Assembly (NCBI GenBank): GCA_043804515.1
Contig: JAZDIZ010000118.1
Location: forward strand, 1-44,501
Direction: 5' to 3'
From: Pseudomonadota bacterium
Lineage (GTDB): Bacteria > Bdellovibrionota_G > JALEGL01 > DATDPG01
DNA length: 44,501 nucleotides
The notes beneath the pieces are model-generated. The model worked only from the letters and a program-made list of their open reading frames with translations. It searched no databases and was not told the origin of the DNA. Shown here piece by piece: positions 1 to 8,389 of the stretch. Both the position numbers and the translations under genes were made by a program. Within the stretch, counting starts at the first letter, position 1. Each line of letters opens with the position of its first letter.

Positions 1-27
1 CGATCCGAAAGGCGCGCCAAATGGACA

Positions 28-306
28 TCAGCGGAAGATATATTGAATTTCGCGGTCCCCGGCAAGGTGAAGTTCCTGCCGGGCGTGGCGTTCAATCGTC
101 TTGGGGTCGTAGCGATAGAGACGCACCTGGCTGCGGAGCAGCTGGGTATCCCGCGACAGCTGGGAGATCTCGGCGTTCAAATTCTTTCCTTCCCTCCACA
201 GATGATAGCTTTTCAGGAGGCCGCGCTCCCCGCGCAACGAGAGAACCGCCAGAAGGAGCAGGTAAAGGAAGAAAACGGTCCGAAGCGTGATCCTCCGGCG
301 CCACAT
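28..306 (-). CDS. ftsB: Septum formation initiator, FtsB/DivIC family
   Basis: N-terminal TM (VFFLYLLLLAVLSL), GERGL, coiled coil, then DPKTIERHARQELHL...E motif. Start moved to ATG at 306. Confidence 0.8.
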   Translation of the reverse strand: MWRRRITLRTVFFLYLLLLAVLSLRGERGLLKSYHLWREGKNLNAEISQLSRDTQLLRSQVRLYRYDPKTIERHARQELHLAGDREIQYIFR

Positions 307-398
307 CGAATGAGTCCATCGTCTCAGAAACACCGAATTTCGCGCAGGCACGGGTTCTATCGTACTGGACCCACAAGCGCTTGAAAAGACTGCAGTTA

Positions 399-407
399 TG
401 TTATGAT
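399..407 (+). promoter_or_regulatory. Extended -10 element (TGTTATGAT) upstream of the patatin gene
   Basis: TGn-TATGAT 18 nt before ATG 426; TTGAAA at 381-386 has a short 15-nt spacer. Confidence 0.45.
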
Positions 408-425
408 TCTGGGGCGTTTCGCTCC

Positions 426-1688
426 ATGGCCCTGAACCGAAAGACCCGAACCGCGTTGGTTCTCTCCGGCGGCGGCACGCGCGGTGCCTACGAGGCCGGC
501 GTGATCCACTACATTCGGACGATGCTCCCGGGCGAGCTTTCCCGGAGGTTCCAGTTCCACATTCAATGCGGTTCGAGCGTCGGCGCGGTTAACAGCACGT
601 ATATGGCCGCCACAATGACCGATCCGGTCCTGCAGGGGAATCTGCTTCTCGAACTCTGGAAGAACCTCCGGAACGAACACATCTACCGGCGAGGCCCCAT
701 CTCGTTCGGAAAATTCTTGTTCCGGACGGTTGCCGGTTTCGGCCTTAACATGCTCGGGGTCAAGGGAATCATGAGCCCGAACGACACCGCCCTGGGCTTC
801 AAAGGCGTGTTCGACACGACCCCTTTCCGGTCCACCCTCCGCAGGATGTGCCCCTGGGCCAACATCACGAGAAATATCCGGGCGGGCCTCCTCGACGCCG
901 TGACCGTTTCAGCCACGAACGTCCAAACCGGCGAGATCGAGCTCTTCGTCCAAAAGGCCTCGCACTTGCCCAAGAGCGAGCGGATCATTCTCCGCGAGGT
1001 CCGTATCTCGCCCCGCCACGTGATGGCCTCCGCTGCCTTGCCTCTCCTGTTCCCCGCCGTTCCGATCGACGGATCGTATTACAACGACGGCAGCGTGCGC
1101 CTGAACACGCCGCTGGCTCCCGCCGTTTCTTTTGGTGCCAGCCGGATCCTCATCATCGGAACCCGGTACCAGCACCACAAACAGGCTTCCGAAGAGGCCT
1201 CCACGTTGGCACGGATCTCCCGTCAGCAGCCCCCTCCCACGATCGCGGACGTGCTCGGAAAATTCTACAACGCGATCCTGTTGGACCGCGTGGAGAACGA
1301 CCGGGACCAGGTGAACCGGATCAACCGGATCCTGGAGGCCTGCCAGACGCACGTGAGCCCGGGCGTTTACAAGTCGATCTGCCGCGAGGCGCGGGTCCAG
1401 CGGATCGAGACCACCTCGATCTTCCCCTCCGTGGACATCCAAGACCTCGTGGACGAGGCGGTCCGCGGAAACTATCGCAGCTTGAAAAGCCTGGGCGCAT
1501 TCGAGCGCTTCGTCCTCCGGATCCTGGAGGCGGACCCGAGCCGCGGACTCGATCTTTTGAGTTATTTTCTCTTCGAGCCGATCTATCTCAATAAGCTGAT
1601 CTCGCTCGGCTTCGAGGACGCCCGGGCCAAGCACGACGAACTGTGCGAGTTCGCCGAGCGATCGATCCGCGGCGCGCCCGTGGATTGA
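426..1688 (+). CDS. Patatin-like phospholipase
   Basis: LVLSGGGTRG oxyanion motif, GSSVG nucleophile (GxSxG), ASAALP, and YNDGS (DGG variant). Confidence 0.9.
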   Translation: MALNRKTRTALVLSGGGTRGAYEAGVIHYIRTMLPGELSRRFQFHIQCGSSVGAVNSTYMAATMTDPVLQGNLLLELWKNLRNEHIYRRGPISFGKFLFRTVAGFGLNMLGVKGIMSPNDTALGFKGVFDTTPFRSTLRRMCPWANITRNIRAGLLDAVTVSATNVQTGEIELFVQKASHLPKSERIILREVRISPRHVMASAALPLLFPAVPIDGSYYNDGSVRLNTPLAPAVSFGASRILIIGTRYQHHKQASEEASTLARISRQQPPPTIADVLGKFYNAILLDRVENDRDQVNRINRILEACQTHVSPGVYKSICREARVQRIETTSIFPSVDIQDLVDEAVRGNYRSLKSLGAFERFVLRILEADPSRGLDLLSYFLFEPIYLNKLISLGFEDARAKHDELCEFAERSIRGAPVD

Positions 1689-1713
1689 GGCACGATACAA
1701 AGATCCCGGCATC

Positions 1714-1732
1714 GGACAGCAGGCAGCTGTCC
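1714..1732. terminator. Hairpin between convergent genes (possible terminator)
   Basis: GGACAGC-aggca-GCTGTCC perfect 7-bp stem; no clear U-tract. Confidence 0.35.
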
Positions 1733-1745
1733 CTGTGATCCGGTA

Positions 1746-1780
1746 TCGGACACCGGACTCCGGAGACCGGATTCCGGGAC
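1746..1780. repeat. Heptamer tandem repeat (approx. YCGGANN x5)
   Basis: tcggaca ccggact ccggaga ccggatt ccgggac; 7-bp period, with one more ccgg at 1740. Confidence 0.6.
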
Positions 1781-1785
1781 TCTGT

Positions 1786-2205
1786 TCAGGGTGCTCTTTG
1801 GGCTTGCGTGACGATTCCGATATTCGTCAGGCCCAAACCGCGGACGACATCGATGACGGAAACGACGGCTCCGTGCCTGGCATTCCGGTCGGCTCTCAAC
1901 ACTACGGGCATCGCGGCCCGCTTCTCCGCCGGAATCGAGTTCAGGTCGGTTTTGAGGTCTTGCAATGAAACGAGCTTCCGGTCGAACAACACCTGCCCCC
2001 GCTCGTCCACGGTGATGGAGATCATCCTGCGTTCCCCCGCGGATATGCCGGGTTTGGCTTCCGGCAGATCCACAAAAAAGATCGAATCGGACGCGAACGT
2101 CGTCGTCAGCAGGAAAAACGTGAGGATGTTCAGGAAAAGATCGATGAGGGGCGTAAGGGAAATCTCCACTTCCTTCCGCCGGCCTCTTCGCGTCGTGAAT
2201 TGCAT
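1786..2205 (-). CDS. exbD: ExbD/TolR family biopolymer transport protein
   Basis: ISLTPLIDLFLNILTFFLL TM with conserved Asp, VDLP, VVLRADRNARHGAVVSVID. Confidence 0.92.
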   Translation of the reverse strand: MQFTTRRGRRKEVEISLTPLIDLFLNILTFFLLTTTFASDSIFFVDLPEAKPGISAGERRMISITVDERGQVLFDRKLVSLQDLKTDLNSIPAEKRAAMPVVLRADRNARHGAVVSVIDVVRGLGLTNIGIVTQAQRAP

Positions 2206-2828
2206 CAGCCCATCCGGGAAAGTTTGAGAACCTTGCGCGCGAAAGCCTCAAGTTCGAGCGCCATCCGGTCAATCCGGTTCAGAAAGTACCGGTGGAAGAT
2301 GAATGCCGGAATCGCCACGATCATGCCCGCCGCCGTGCAGAGCAGGGCTTCGGCGATCCCCCTGGAGAGGCGGATCGGATCCCCGAGGCCCGTCGCTCCC
2401 ACAACCATGAACGTCCGGATCATGCCAACCACGGTGCCCAGAAGCCCCAGAAGCGGTCCGACGGCCGCCAGCGTGGCCAGAAGATCCAGCCGCGTCTCCA
2501 TCGTGCTGATCTCCCTCTTTCCGCTCGCCTCGAGGATTTCTTTGAGTTCGTCTTTGGGTTCATCCAGTTTATCGAGGCCGTCCGCAACGATCCTCGCAAG
2601 CGGCGCATCCGAAGCCCTGCAAACCGCCAAGGCGTCCGTGATCTTGCTCTCGCCGAGCAATGCGTTCAGCTGCCTTTCGATCCTGGGAGGAAAAATTCTG
2701 GATCTGCGGAGCATCCAGATCCGCTCCAAAATCACGGCGGTGCAAACGATGGACCCCGCCAGAAGCACCGGCATGACGGGCCCTCCGCGTGAAAGAAATT
2801 CCCAGGCTTGTTTAATGGATTCGAACAT
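2205..2828 (-). CDS. exbB: MotA/TolQ/ExbB proton channel protein
   Basis: GGPVM, LATLAAVGPLLGLLGTVVGMI, GIAEALLCTAAGMIVAIPA. Start at ATG 2828; stop overlaps the exbD start. Confidence 0.92.
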   Translation of the reverse strand: MFESIKQAWEFLSRGGPVMPVLLAGSIVCTAVILERIWMLRRSRIFPPRIERQLNALLGESKITDALAVCRASDAPLARIVADGLDKLDEPKDELKEILEASGKREISTMETRLDLLATLAAVGPLLGLLGTVVGMIRTFMVVGATGLGDPIRLSRGIAEALLCTAAGMIVAIPAFIFHRYFLNRIDRMALELEAFARKVLKLSRMG

Positions 2829-2904
2829 GGGCCGCACAATACGCAGAAGGAAGCCCCGCGGCAATCACCCGCCGCGCCGCATCGAATACGCCTCCTGAAC
2901 AGGG

Positions 2905-4311
2905 CTACAGGCGGCCGAAGAAGTAATCGTACCTTAAGAAAACATCGTGGGACGTCATGGTTGCCTGCCCATCCTGGACATTGCCGGTGCCGACGCGGGA
3001 AGCCGTTCCGGAGAATCGGTAGTGTTGAAGCCTCAGTTGGTACCCCGCGCTCAAATGATGCCGTTCGTTCGGCGTCCACGTGGCCTCCACGTGCGGCACG
3101 AATCCGAGCGACCCCTTTGGATCGGTCCCGGTCGCATTCCCCGGTTTTTCCGATACCCAGTTCAAGAAGAGAAGATCGACGCCCGCAGCGGCCTCCAGCT
3201 CGGCAACGCCCGGAATCGAGGAGCGGACCTCCGCTCCTCCCAAAAGGCTCATCACCGTCTGATTCACGTACAAAAGCATCGGGCCGCTGTTTCCCTGCAC
3301 GTCATGAAGGTTGAATCGCAGGTACTCAAATGCCATGTTCGCCCCCAGAACGACAGGATGGGTCAGCGATCCCACCCGGTACTCGAACGGGAAGCGCACG
3401 ATTCCGTCGTACGAGCTCCCATCCGAGCTCTCGGAGCTGGTTGTGGTGCCCGAAGCGTTTTTGATGTCTGTGGAAAACCGATAGTACCCGTATTGAAACG
3501 AGAGGGCGGTCCCCGCGCGAAGCCTCTCTTGGAGTCCGGTCCAGAACCAGTGAGAGAGCGAGGCCTTTACGCCGATTCCGGGGAGAGTGTACGACAGCAC
3601 CGTTCCTACGTTTCCGCTTCGGTTCGTAAGATCATAACTGTGAAGAAGAAACCCCGTCCCCAGCGAGGCGGACCAGTTGGAAAATAACGCATAGGAGGGG
3701 GATTCGGAGACTTCCGGCTTTGCCTCCGGCTCCAGAGCCGGCTGGGGTTCCACAGTAAGTACCGGCGCCTCCCTTTTGGGCACGGCAGGAGCCGCATACA
3801 CGGGAGCGGTCGGCGTTGCACGAATCGCGGCCGGAACGGATGTTCGTTGCGCCTCAGGTGGCGCGGCGGTTCGGATCGGTGTGGGCGTCGGTTGGGCGAG
3901 TGCAAAGAATCTGTCCAATTCCGCCGAGCCGGGAGCGGGCGCCCGGGCGGACGGCGCCGCTTGGGCGGCCCTGGCCTGGCCTCGCGGCAACGATGGGGGG
4001 CGTTTTGAGAGCGCCGGAGCCGGGGTTTTCACCGGGCCGTCGATACGGCCTTTCCATTTGATGTGTCTGTCCGACACCCATCCGCTTAGTGAAAAGGCCG
4101 GATCCAGCTGGGCCTTCACTTGGAGCCATCCCGGTTTTTTGGAAAGAACGGTGACATGTTTCCCTTTGTCCAGAGTCACCAGAATTTCTGATTTCGCGTT
4201 TGGTTTCTCATGCACGGCGACCTGATCCGCCGTGACGACGCCGTCGCTTTGCGCCCAAGCGGGAGTCAGAAACGAAACAACGAAAAAGACTATGAAGATT
4301 CGGGTCTTCAA
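2905..4311 (-). CDS. Secreted SH3b domain + Pro/Ala linker + predicted outer-membrane beta-barrel protein (paralog 1)
   Basis: Signal peptide (AWA-Q), SH3b-like VHEKPNAKSEIL...GWLQV...GWV, Pro/Ala-rich linker, amphipathic aromatic-rich C-terminal strands ending YDYFF. Confidence 0.7.
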   Translation of the reverse strand: MKTRIFIVFFVVSFLTPAWAQSDGVVTADQVAVHEKPNAKSEILVTLDKGKHVTVLSKKPGWLQVKAQLDPAFSLSGWVSDRHIKWKGRIDGPVKTPAPALSKRPPSLPRGQARAAQAAPSARAPAPGSAELDRFFALAQPTPTPIRTAAPPEAQRTSVPAAIRATPTAPVYAAPAVPKREAPVLTVEPQPALEPEAKPEVSESPSYALFSNWSASLGTGFLLHSYDLTNRSGNVGTVLSYTLPGIGVKASLSHWFWTGLQERLRAGTALSFQYGYYRFSTDIKNASGTTTSSESSDGSSYDGIVRFPFEYRVGSLTHPVVLGANMAFEYLRFNLHDVQGNSGPMLLYVNQTVMSLLGGAEVRSSIPGVAELEAAAGVDLLFLNWVSEKPGNATGTDPKGSLGFVPHVEATWTPNERHHLSAGYQLRLQHYRFSGTASRVGTGNVQDGQATMTSHDVFLRYDYFFGRL

Positions 4312-4323
4312 AGGAGGAACCTT

Positions 4324-4332
4324 ATTGTACCA
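4324..4332 (-). promoter_or_regulatory. Extended -10 element (TGGTACAAT)
   Basis: Near-consensus TGn-TACAAT 12 nt upstream of the TTG start at 4311. Confidence 0.5.
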
Positions 4333-4386
4333 TGGCGTCTGATTCCGTAGGTATCTTCGCCGCGGACCCCTTTGAAACGACGCCTC

Positions 4387-5667
4387 CTAAAAGAGCGCGG
4401 TGTATTTGAGAAAGATGTCGTGGACCCGGGTGGATACGGTTCCGTCCGTGACGTTGTTCGCGATTATTCGCGAGCCGGCGCCTTTGAACGAAAAATTTTG
4501 CCACCGAAGTTTGTAGCCGACATCCAACTGGTGCTTCTCCGCGGGCGTCCAGAAGAACGAGGCGTACGGTGTGAACCCGAGGTTTCCGGAGGGATCGGTC
4601 CCGCTTGCGCCGCTCGGCCTTTCTTTCACGAAATTCAAAAATAACAAATCGCTCCCCGCCGTCAGGCCGAGAAAGTTGTCCGGAAACATGAACGTCCCGT
4701 ACGCGCCGCCCAAGACGGACTGCGTGGTCTGCCCCACGAACAGATTGATCTCGTTCCCATTGTTGTCCTTCGCGTCGTTGGCGCTGAATCTGAAATACTC
4801 GTATCCCAAATACGCCCCCACTTTGCTGGCCTGCCGCGCGGGCTTGAAGCGGTATTCAAACGGTACACGGAAAACGATGTCGTGGGTTGAATTGTCGGAT
4901 GTGACGTTCAGCGTCTCGGTTCCGGTCGTCACCTGCAGTTTTGTCAGGTTGTAGAGTCCGAATTCGTACTGCACGTCCGGGCCCGTGCGCATTTTCCCGG
5001 TCGAATCTTGCCAGATCCAGTATTTCGCGCCGGCGTGGAATCCGAACCCTTGCAGATTGTACGAAAACACTTTTGCGGGCGCGGCTCCGGCCGTGTTGAT
5101 CCGGTAGCCGTAAAGGCTGTATCCCACGCCCACCGTCAACGAAAGGCGGTCCGAGATGCCTCCAAAACCGCCTTCCTCCGTGAAACTCGCGGTAGGTTGG
5201 GGCTCGCGGAACACGGGAGCCGGGGTAGGTTGCGGCGTAACGACCGTCAACGGTACGGGTTGCAGGGGGGCCTGGGTCCTGGGCGGCGGTACCACGCGAC
5301 GCGCGGGAGCCGCGCTCCCGGCCGCAGAAGTTCCTGGCATTGTTTTTCGTTGCTTCGCGGTCGCCGCCTTCGGCAGCGTGTACTTGAACAACCGCCTATC
5401 GCCCCACCCCGTAAACGTGAACCCCTTCGGAAGGCTTACCTTGAGCTGAACCCATCCCTCCCGCTCCGCCAGAACCGTGACCTTGCTTCCCTTCTTGAGT
5501 TTGATTAGGACTTCACTCTTTCCGTCGGGTTGCTCATAAACGGAGACCGTTTTCCCGACCACCACGCCTCTGCCTTGAGCCCACGAAGCGGACGTCCACG
5601 AACACAATAAAAGGACGGAGATGACGAACAGGGAGAGTCGAAGCATAAGTAAGACGAATTCTACCAC
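4387..5667 (-). CDS. Secreted SH3b domain + Pro/Ala linker + predicted outer-membrane beta-barrel protein (paralog 2)
   Basis: Signal peptide (SWA-Q), VYEQPDGKSEVL...GWVQL...GW, Pro-rich linker, C-terminal Phe (IFLKYTALF). Aligns by eye with 2905..4311. True start may be a few codons downstream. Confidence 0.7.
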   Translation of the reverse strand: MVEFVLLMLRLSLFVISVLLLCSWTSASWAQGRGVVVGKTVSVYEQPDGKSEVLIKLKKGSKVTVLAEREGWVQLKVSLPKGFTFTGWGDRRLFKYTLPKAATAKQRKTMPGTSAAGSAAPARRVVPPPRTQAPLQPVPLTVVTPQPTPAPVFREPQPTASFTEEGGFGGISDRLSLTVGVGYSLYGYRINTAGAAPAKVFSYNLQGFGFHAGAKYWIWQDSTGKMRTGPDVQYEFGLYNLTKLQVTTGTETLNVTSDNSTHDIVFRVPFEYRFKPARQASKVGAYLGYEYFRFSANDAKDNNGNEINLFVGQTTQSVLGGAYGTFMFPDNFLGLTAGSDLLFLNFVKERPSGASGTDPSGNLGFTPYASFFWTPAEKHQLDVGYKLRWQNFSFKGAGSRIIANNVTDGTVSTRVHDIFLKYTALF

Positions 5668-5725
5668 GGCCTCCGCAATTACCTCATCCGAATGTCACGA
5701 AGTCGCCCCCGAAAGAGGCGTCGCC

Positions 5726-6118
5726 CTACTTTGCCGGGGCGGATGGAGGGGTCACCGCGGGCGCAACTGCCTGCGTCGCGGACGGGGTACCCGCCGACGG
5801 AATCGCCGCGGCGGGAGAACCCGTAACCGCGGGCGTGGGAATCACGGTGCCCTGCGCATTCGCCGGCTCCTTGAAGAGGCTCTTTGCCGACGTGGACGAG
5901 GAAAGATAGGCCAAACTGATACTGGTCACCATGAAGACGAACGCCGCGCCGATCGTGACTTTATTCAGGAGCGTGGCGGCTCCCCGGGCTCCGAAAACGG
6001 TCTGGCTGGCGCCTCCGAAGGTCGCACCCACGTCGGCCCCCTTGCCGTGCTGAAGAAGCACGACGATCACCAGAAACACACAAACAACCACATGCAGTAC
6101 CGTTAAAAAGGTCAGCAC
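5726..6118 (-). CDS. secG: Preprotein translocase subunit SecG
   Basis: VVLLQHGKGADVGATFGGASQTVFGARG; two TMs; follows tpiA. Confidence 0.95.
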   Translation of the reverse strand: MLTFLTVLHVVVCVFLVIVVLLQHGKGADVGATFGGASQTVFGARGAATLLNKVTIGAAFVFMVTSISLAYLSSSTSAKSLFKEPANAQGTVIPTPAVTGSPAAAIPSAGTPSATQAVAPAVTPPSAPAK

Positions 6119-6121
6119 GTT

Positions 6122-6880
6122 TCACTCTCCGTAGTTAACGATTTCGGCAAAAGTGCGCGCCTCAAGGCTGGCTCCGCCCACCAAGGCACCGTTGATATCG
6201 GGCTGGGCCATGAGCTCTTTGATGTTCTGGGGCGTCACGGACCCCCCGTAAATGACACGCATCTTCTCCGCAAGGTCTTTTCGAAAAATCACTGCGAGTT
6301 TCTCGTTGATGAATCGGTGCACTTCCTGCGCCATAGCCGGCGTGGCGGGAATCCCGGTCCCGATCGCCCAAACCGGCTCGTAAGCGACCACGATGTCTTC
6401 CGCATACGAGTCATTGACGCCTCGCAAGCATTCCCGCAGCTGCCGCTCGACCACGTCGAACGTCTTTTTCTGCTCCCGTTGCTCCTTGGTCTCGCCGATG
6501 CAGAGAACCGGCATCAGCTCGTTGTCCAGCGAGGCCTTTACTTTCCTGTTCACCGAAGCATCCGTCTCACCGAAGTGCTGGCGCCGTTCCGAATGCCCCA
6601 CGATCACGTACTTGACGCCGGCGTCCACGAGCATCGGAGCCGAAATTTCGCCGGTGTACGGTCCGCTCTCCTCGTAAAAGACGTCCTGCGCCGCGATCTG
6701 GATCGGCGTTCCTTGGGCGGCGATTTCCGCCGGGTGCAGCGCCACAAAGGACGGCGCCACCACGACCTCCACTTCCTGTTTCCCCGAAAGAACGCTTTTG
6801 AGCTCGGTAATGAGGCGGATCGCCTCGGACACCGTCCGGTTCATCTTCCAATTACCGATGATGATGGGCCGTTTCGACAT
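6122..6880 (-). CDS. tpiA: Triosephosphate isomerase
   Basis: GNWKMN, GHSERR, AYEPVWAIGTG, YGGSV, LVGGASL. Confidence 0.98.
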   Translation of the reverse strand: MSKRPIIIGNWKMNRTVSEAIRLITELKSVLSGKQEVEVVVAPSFVALHPAEIAAQGTPIQIAAQDVFYEESGPYTGEISAPMLVDAGVKYVIVGHSERRQHFGETDASVNRKVKASLDNELMPVLCIGETKEQREQKKTFDVVERQLRECLRGVNDSYAEDIVVAYEPVWAIGTGIPATPAMAQEVHRFINEKLAVIFRKDLAEKMRVIYGGSVTPQNIKELMAQPDINGALVGGASLEARTFAEIVNYGE

Positions 6881-6894
6881 AAGGGCGCGGGAGT

Positions 6895-8097
6895 CTACAC
6901 CGCCAGGCTTTCCAGTCCAGGCAAAGCTTTCCCTTCCAGATACTCCAGCGTGGCTCCGCCTCCCGTGGAAACATGCGTCATCTTTTGCGCCACACCCGCC
7001 TGATGAAGCGCCGCAACCGAGTCCCCTCCGCCCACGACGCGAATGGAACTCAGCCCGGCCAATACCTTGGCGACCGCCACCGTTCCCTGGTCGTAGGGGG
7101 GCGTCTCGAACAGGCCGAGCGGGCCGTTCCAGAAGATCGTCCCCGCCTTCTCCAGGTACTTTGCGAATCGCTCCACGGTTTCAGGGCCGATGTCGAGCCC
7201 CATCCATCCGTCCGGGATTTCGAGCCCCTTGTAAGCCTTGGGCGGTCCCGGCTCATCCACGCTTCTTCCGAGTTGAAAGTCGCTCGGAAGGTGAAGCCTC
7301 ACATTCCGGGTTTTCGCCTCCTCGAGAATCCGCCGGGCCTGCACCAATCGGTCCTCCTCCACCAGCGATTTTCCCACCCTGTGCCCCATCGCCTTTAGGA
7401 AAGTGAATGCCATCGCACCGCCGATGTAGAGCTCGTCCACCTTGGTCAGGAACTTCTCCATGACCTTGATCTTGTCCGACACTTTCGCGCCGCCCAGGAT
7501 CGCCGCGTACGGACGTTGCGGAGCCTCCAGGAGCGGCGTCAGGAACGTGAGTTCGTCCCTCACGAGGTATCCCGCCCCGCGTTCATTCATCATCCTGGGC
7601 AGGGCATCCGTGGACGCATGGCCGCGGTGAAGCGACCCGAACGCGTCCGTTACGTAAACTTCGGCGCCGTTCCGAAGTTCCGCCGCGAATTTGGAATCGT
7701 TGGCTTCCTCCTCCGCGTGGAAGCGAAGATTCTCCAGAAGCACGACGTCCCCTTCCTTGCGTTCCTTGAGAATCTTTCGCACCCCGTCGCCGACACAGTC
7801 GTCCGGAAGGACCACCTCGCGGCGCAACAGTTCCGCCAGCCGTTCCCCGGCGGGAAGGAGCGTGTATTTCGGGTCCGGCTTCCCTTTGGGGCGGCCCAAA
7901 TGCGACGCCAGCATGACAATCGCGTTCTGCGCGATGAGGTACTCGATCGTAGGGAGCGCGGCCCGGATCCGCGTGTCGTCCGTGACCGTTTCCCCGTTGA
8001 TGGGGACGTTGAAATCCACACGCACGAACACTCTTTTCCCCGCGACGGGGAGTTCTTCGAGGGACCTGATTTCCGCGTTTCCGTATTTGATGGCCAT
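6895..8097 (-). CDS. pgk: Phosphoglycerate kinase
   Basis: RVDFNVP, SHLGRPKG, LLENLRF, GGAKVSDKI, WNGPLG, HVSTGGGATLE. Confidence 0.98.
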   Translation of the reverse strand: MAIKYGNAEIRSLEELPVAGKRVFVRVDFNVPINGETVTDDTRIRAALPTIEYLIAQNAIVMLASHLGRPKGKPDPKYTLLPAGERLAELLRREVVLPDDCVGDGVRKILKERKEGDVVLLENLRFHAEEEANDSKFAAELRNGAEVYVTDAFGSLHRGHASTDALPRMMNERGAGYLVRDELTFLTPLLEAPQRPYAAILGGAKVSDKIKVMEKFLTKVDELYIGGAMAFTFLKAMGHRVGKSLVEEDRLVQARRILEEAKTRNVRLHLPSDFQLGRSVDEPGPPKAYKGLEIPDGWMGLDIGPETVERFAKYLEKAGTIFWNGPLGLFETPPYDQGTVAVAKVLAGLSSIRVVGGGDSVAALHQAGVAQKMTHVSTGGGATLEYLEGKALPGLESLAV

Positions 8098-8098
8098 G

Positions 8099-8377
8099 TC
8101 AGCTCAATACCAAAAAGTCTATCTTGTTGAAGGGGAGGAAGATCTCTTCGAACGGAAGGTCGCTCGTTTTTTCCCGGAGGTTGCTGAGAGCCTCCACTTT
8201 GAGCCAAAGTCCGCCGCTCAACTCCTGCTTGATCACCGCCGTGACATGCACGGCGTTTTCCAGCAGCTCCCGCTCCTCGTTTTCGCGCATGTACCGGAAT
8301 CGGAACAGGGGCGTCTGGAGAAAAATTTCCGCCCGTTTTCCGTTCAACGAGCCCGTCTCTTTCTTCGAATCCGTCAC
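8099..8377 (-). CDS. Hypothetical protein (92 aa)
   Basis: Fills the gap between the kinase and pgk in the same orientation (1-nt gap to pgk); protein-like composition. Confidence 0.7.
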   Translation of the reverse strand: MTDSKKETGSLNGKRAEIFLQTPLFRFRYMRENEERELLENAVHVTAVIKQELSGGLWLKVEALSNLREKTSDLPFEEIFLPFNKIDFLVLS

Positions 8378-8389
8378 GCAGTACGCCGT

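Noticed and set aside
1..28. Possible next gene start (ATG at 28 overlapping the ftsB stop; MSIWRAFRI...)
   Set aside because: Only 9 codons are visible, too little to call.
5668..5725. tRNA-Leu often found after secG
   Set aside because: The gap is only 58 nt and has no D-loop or T-loop motifs.
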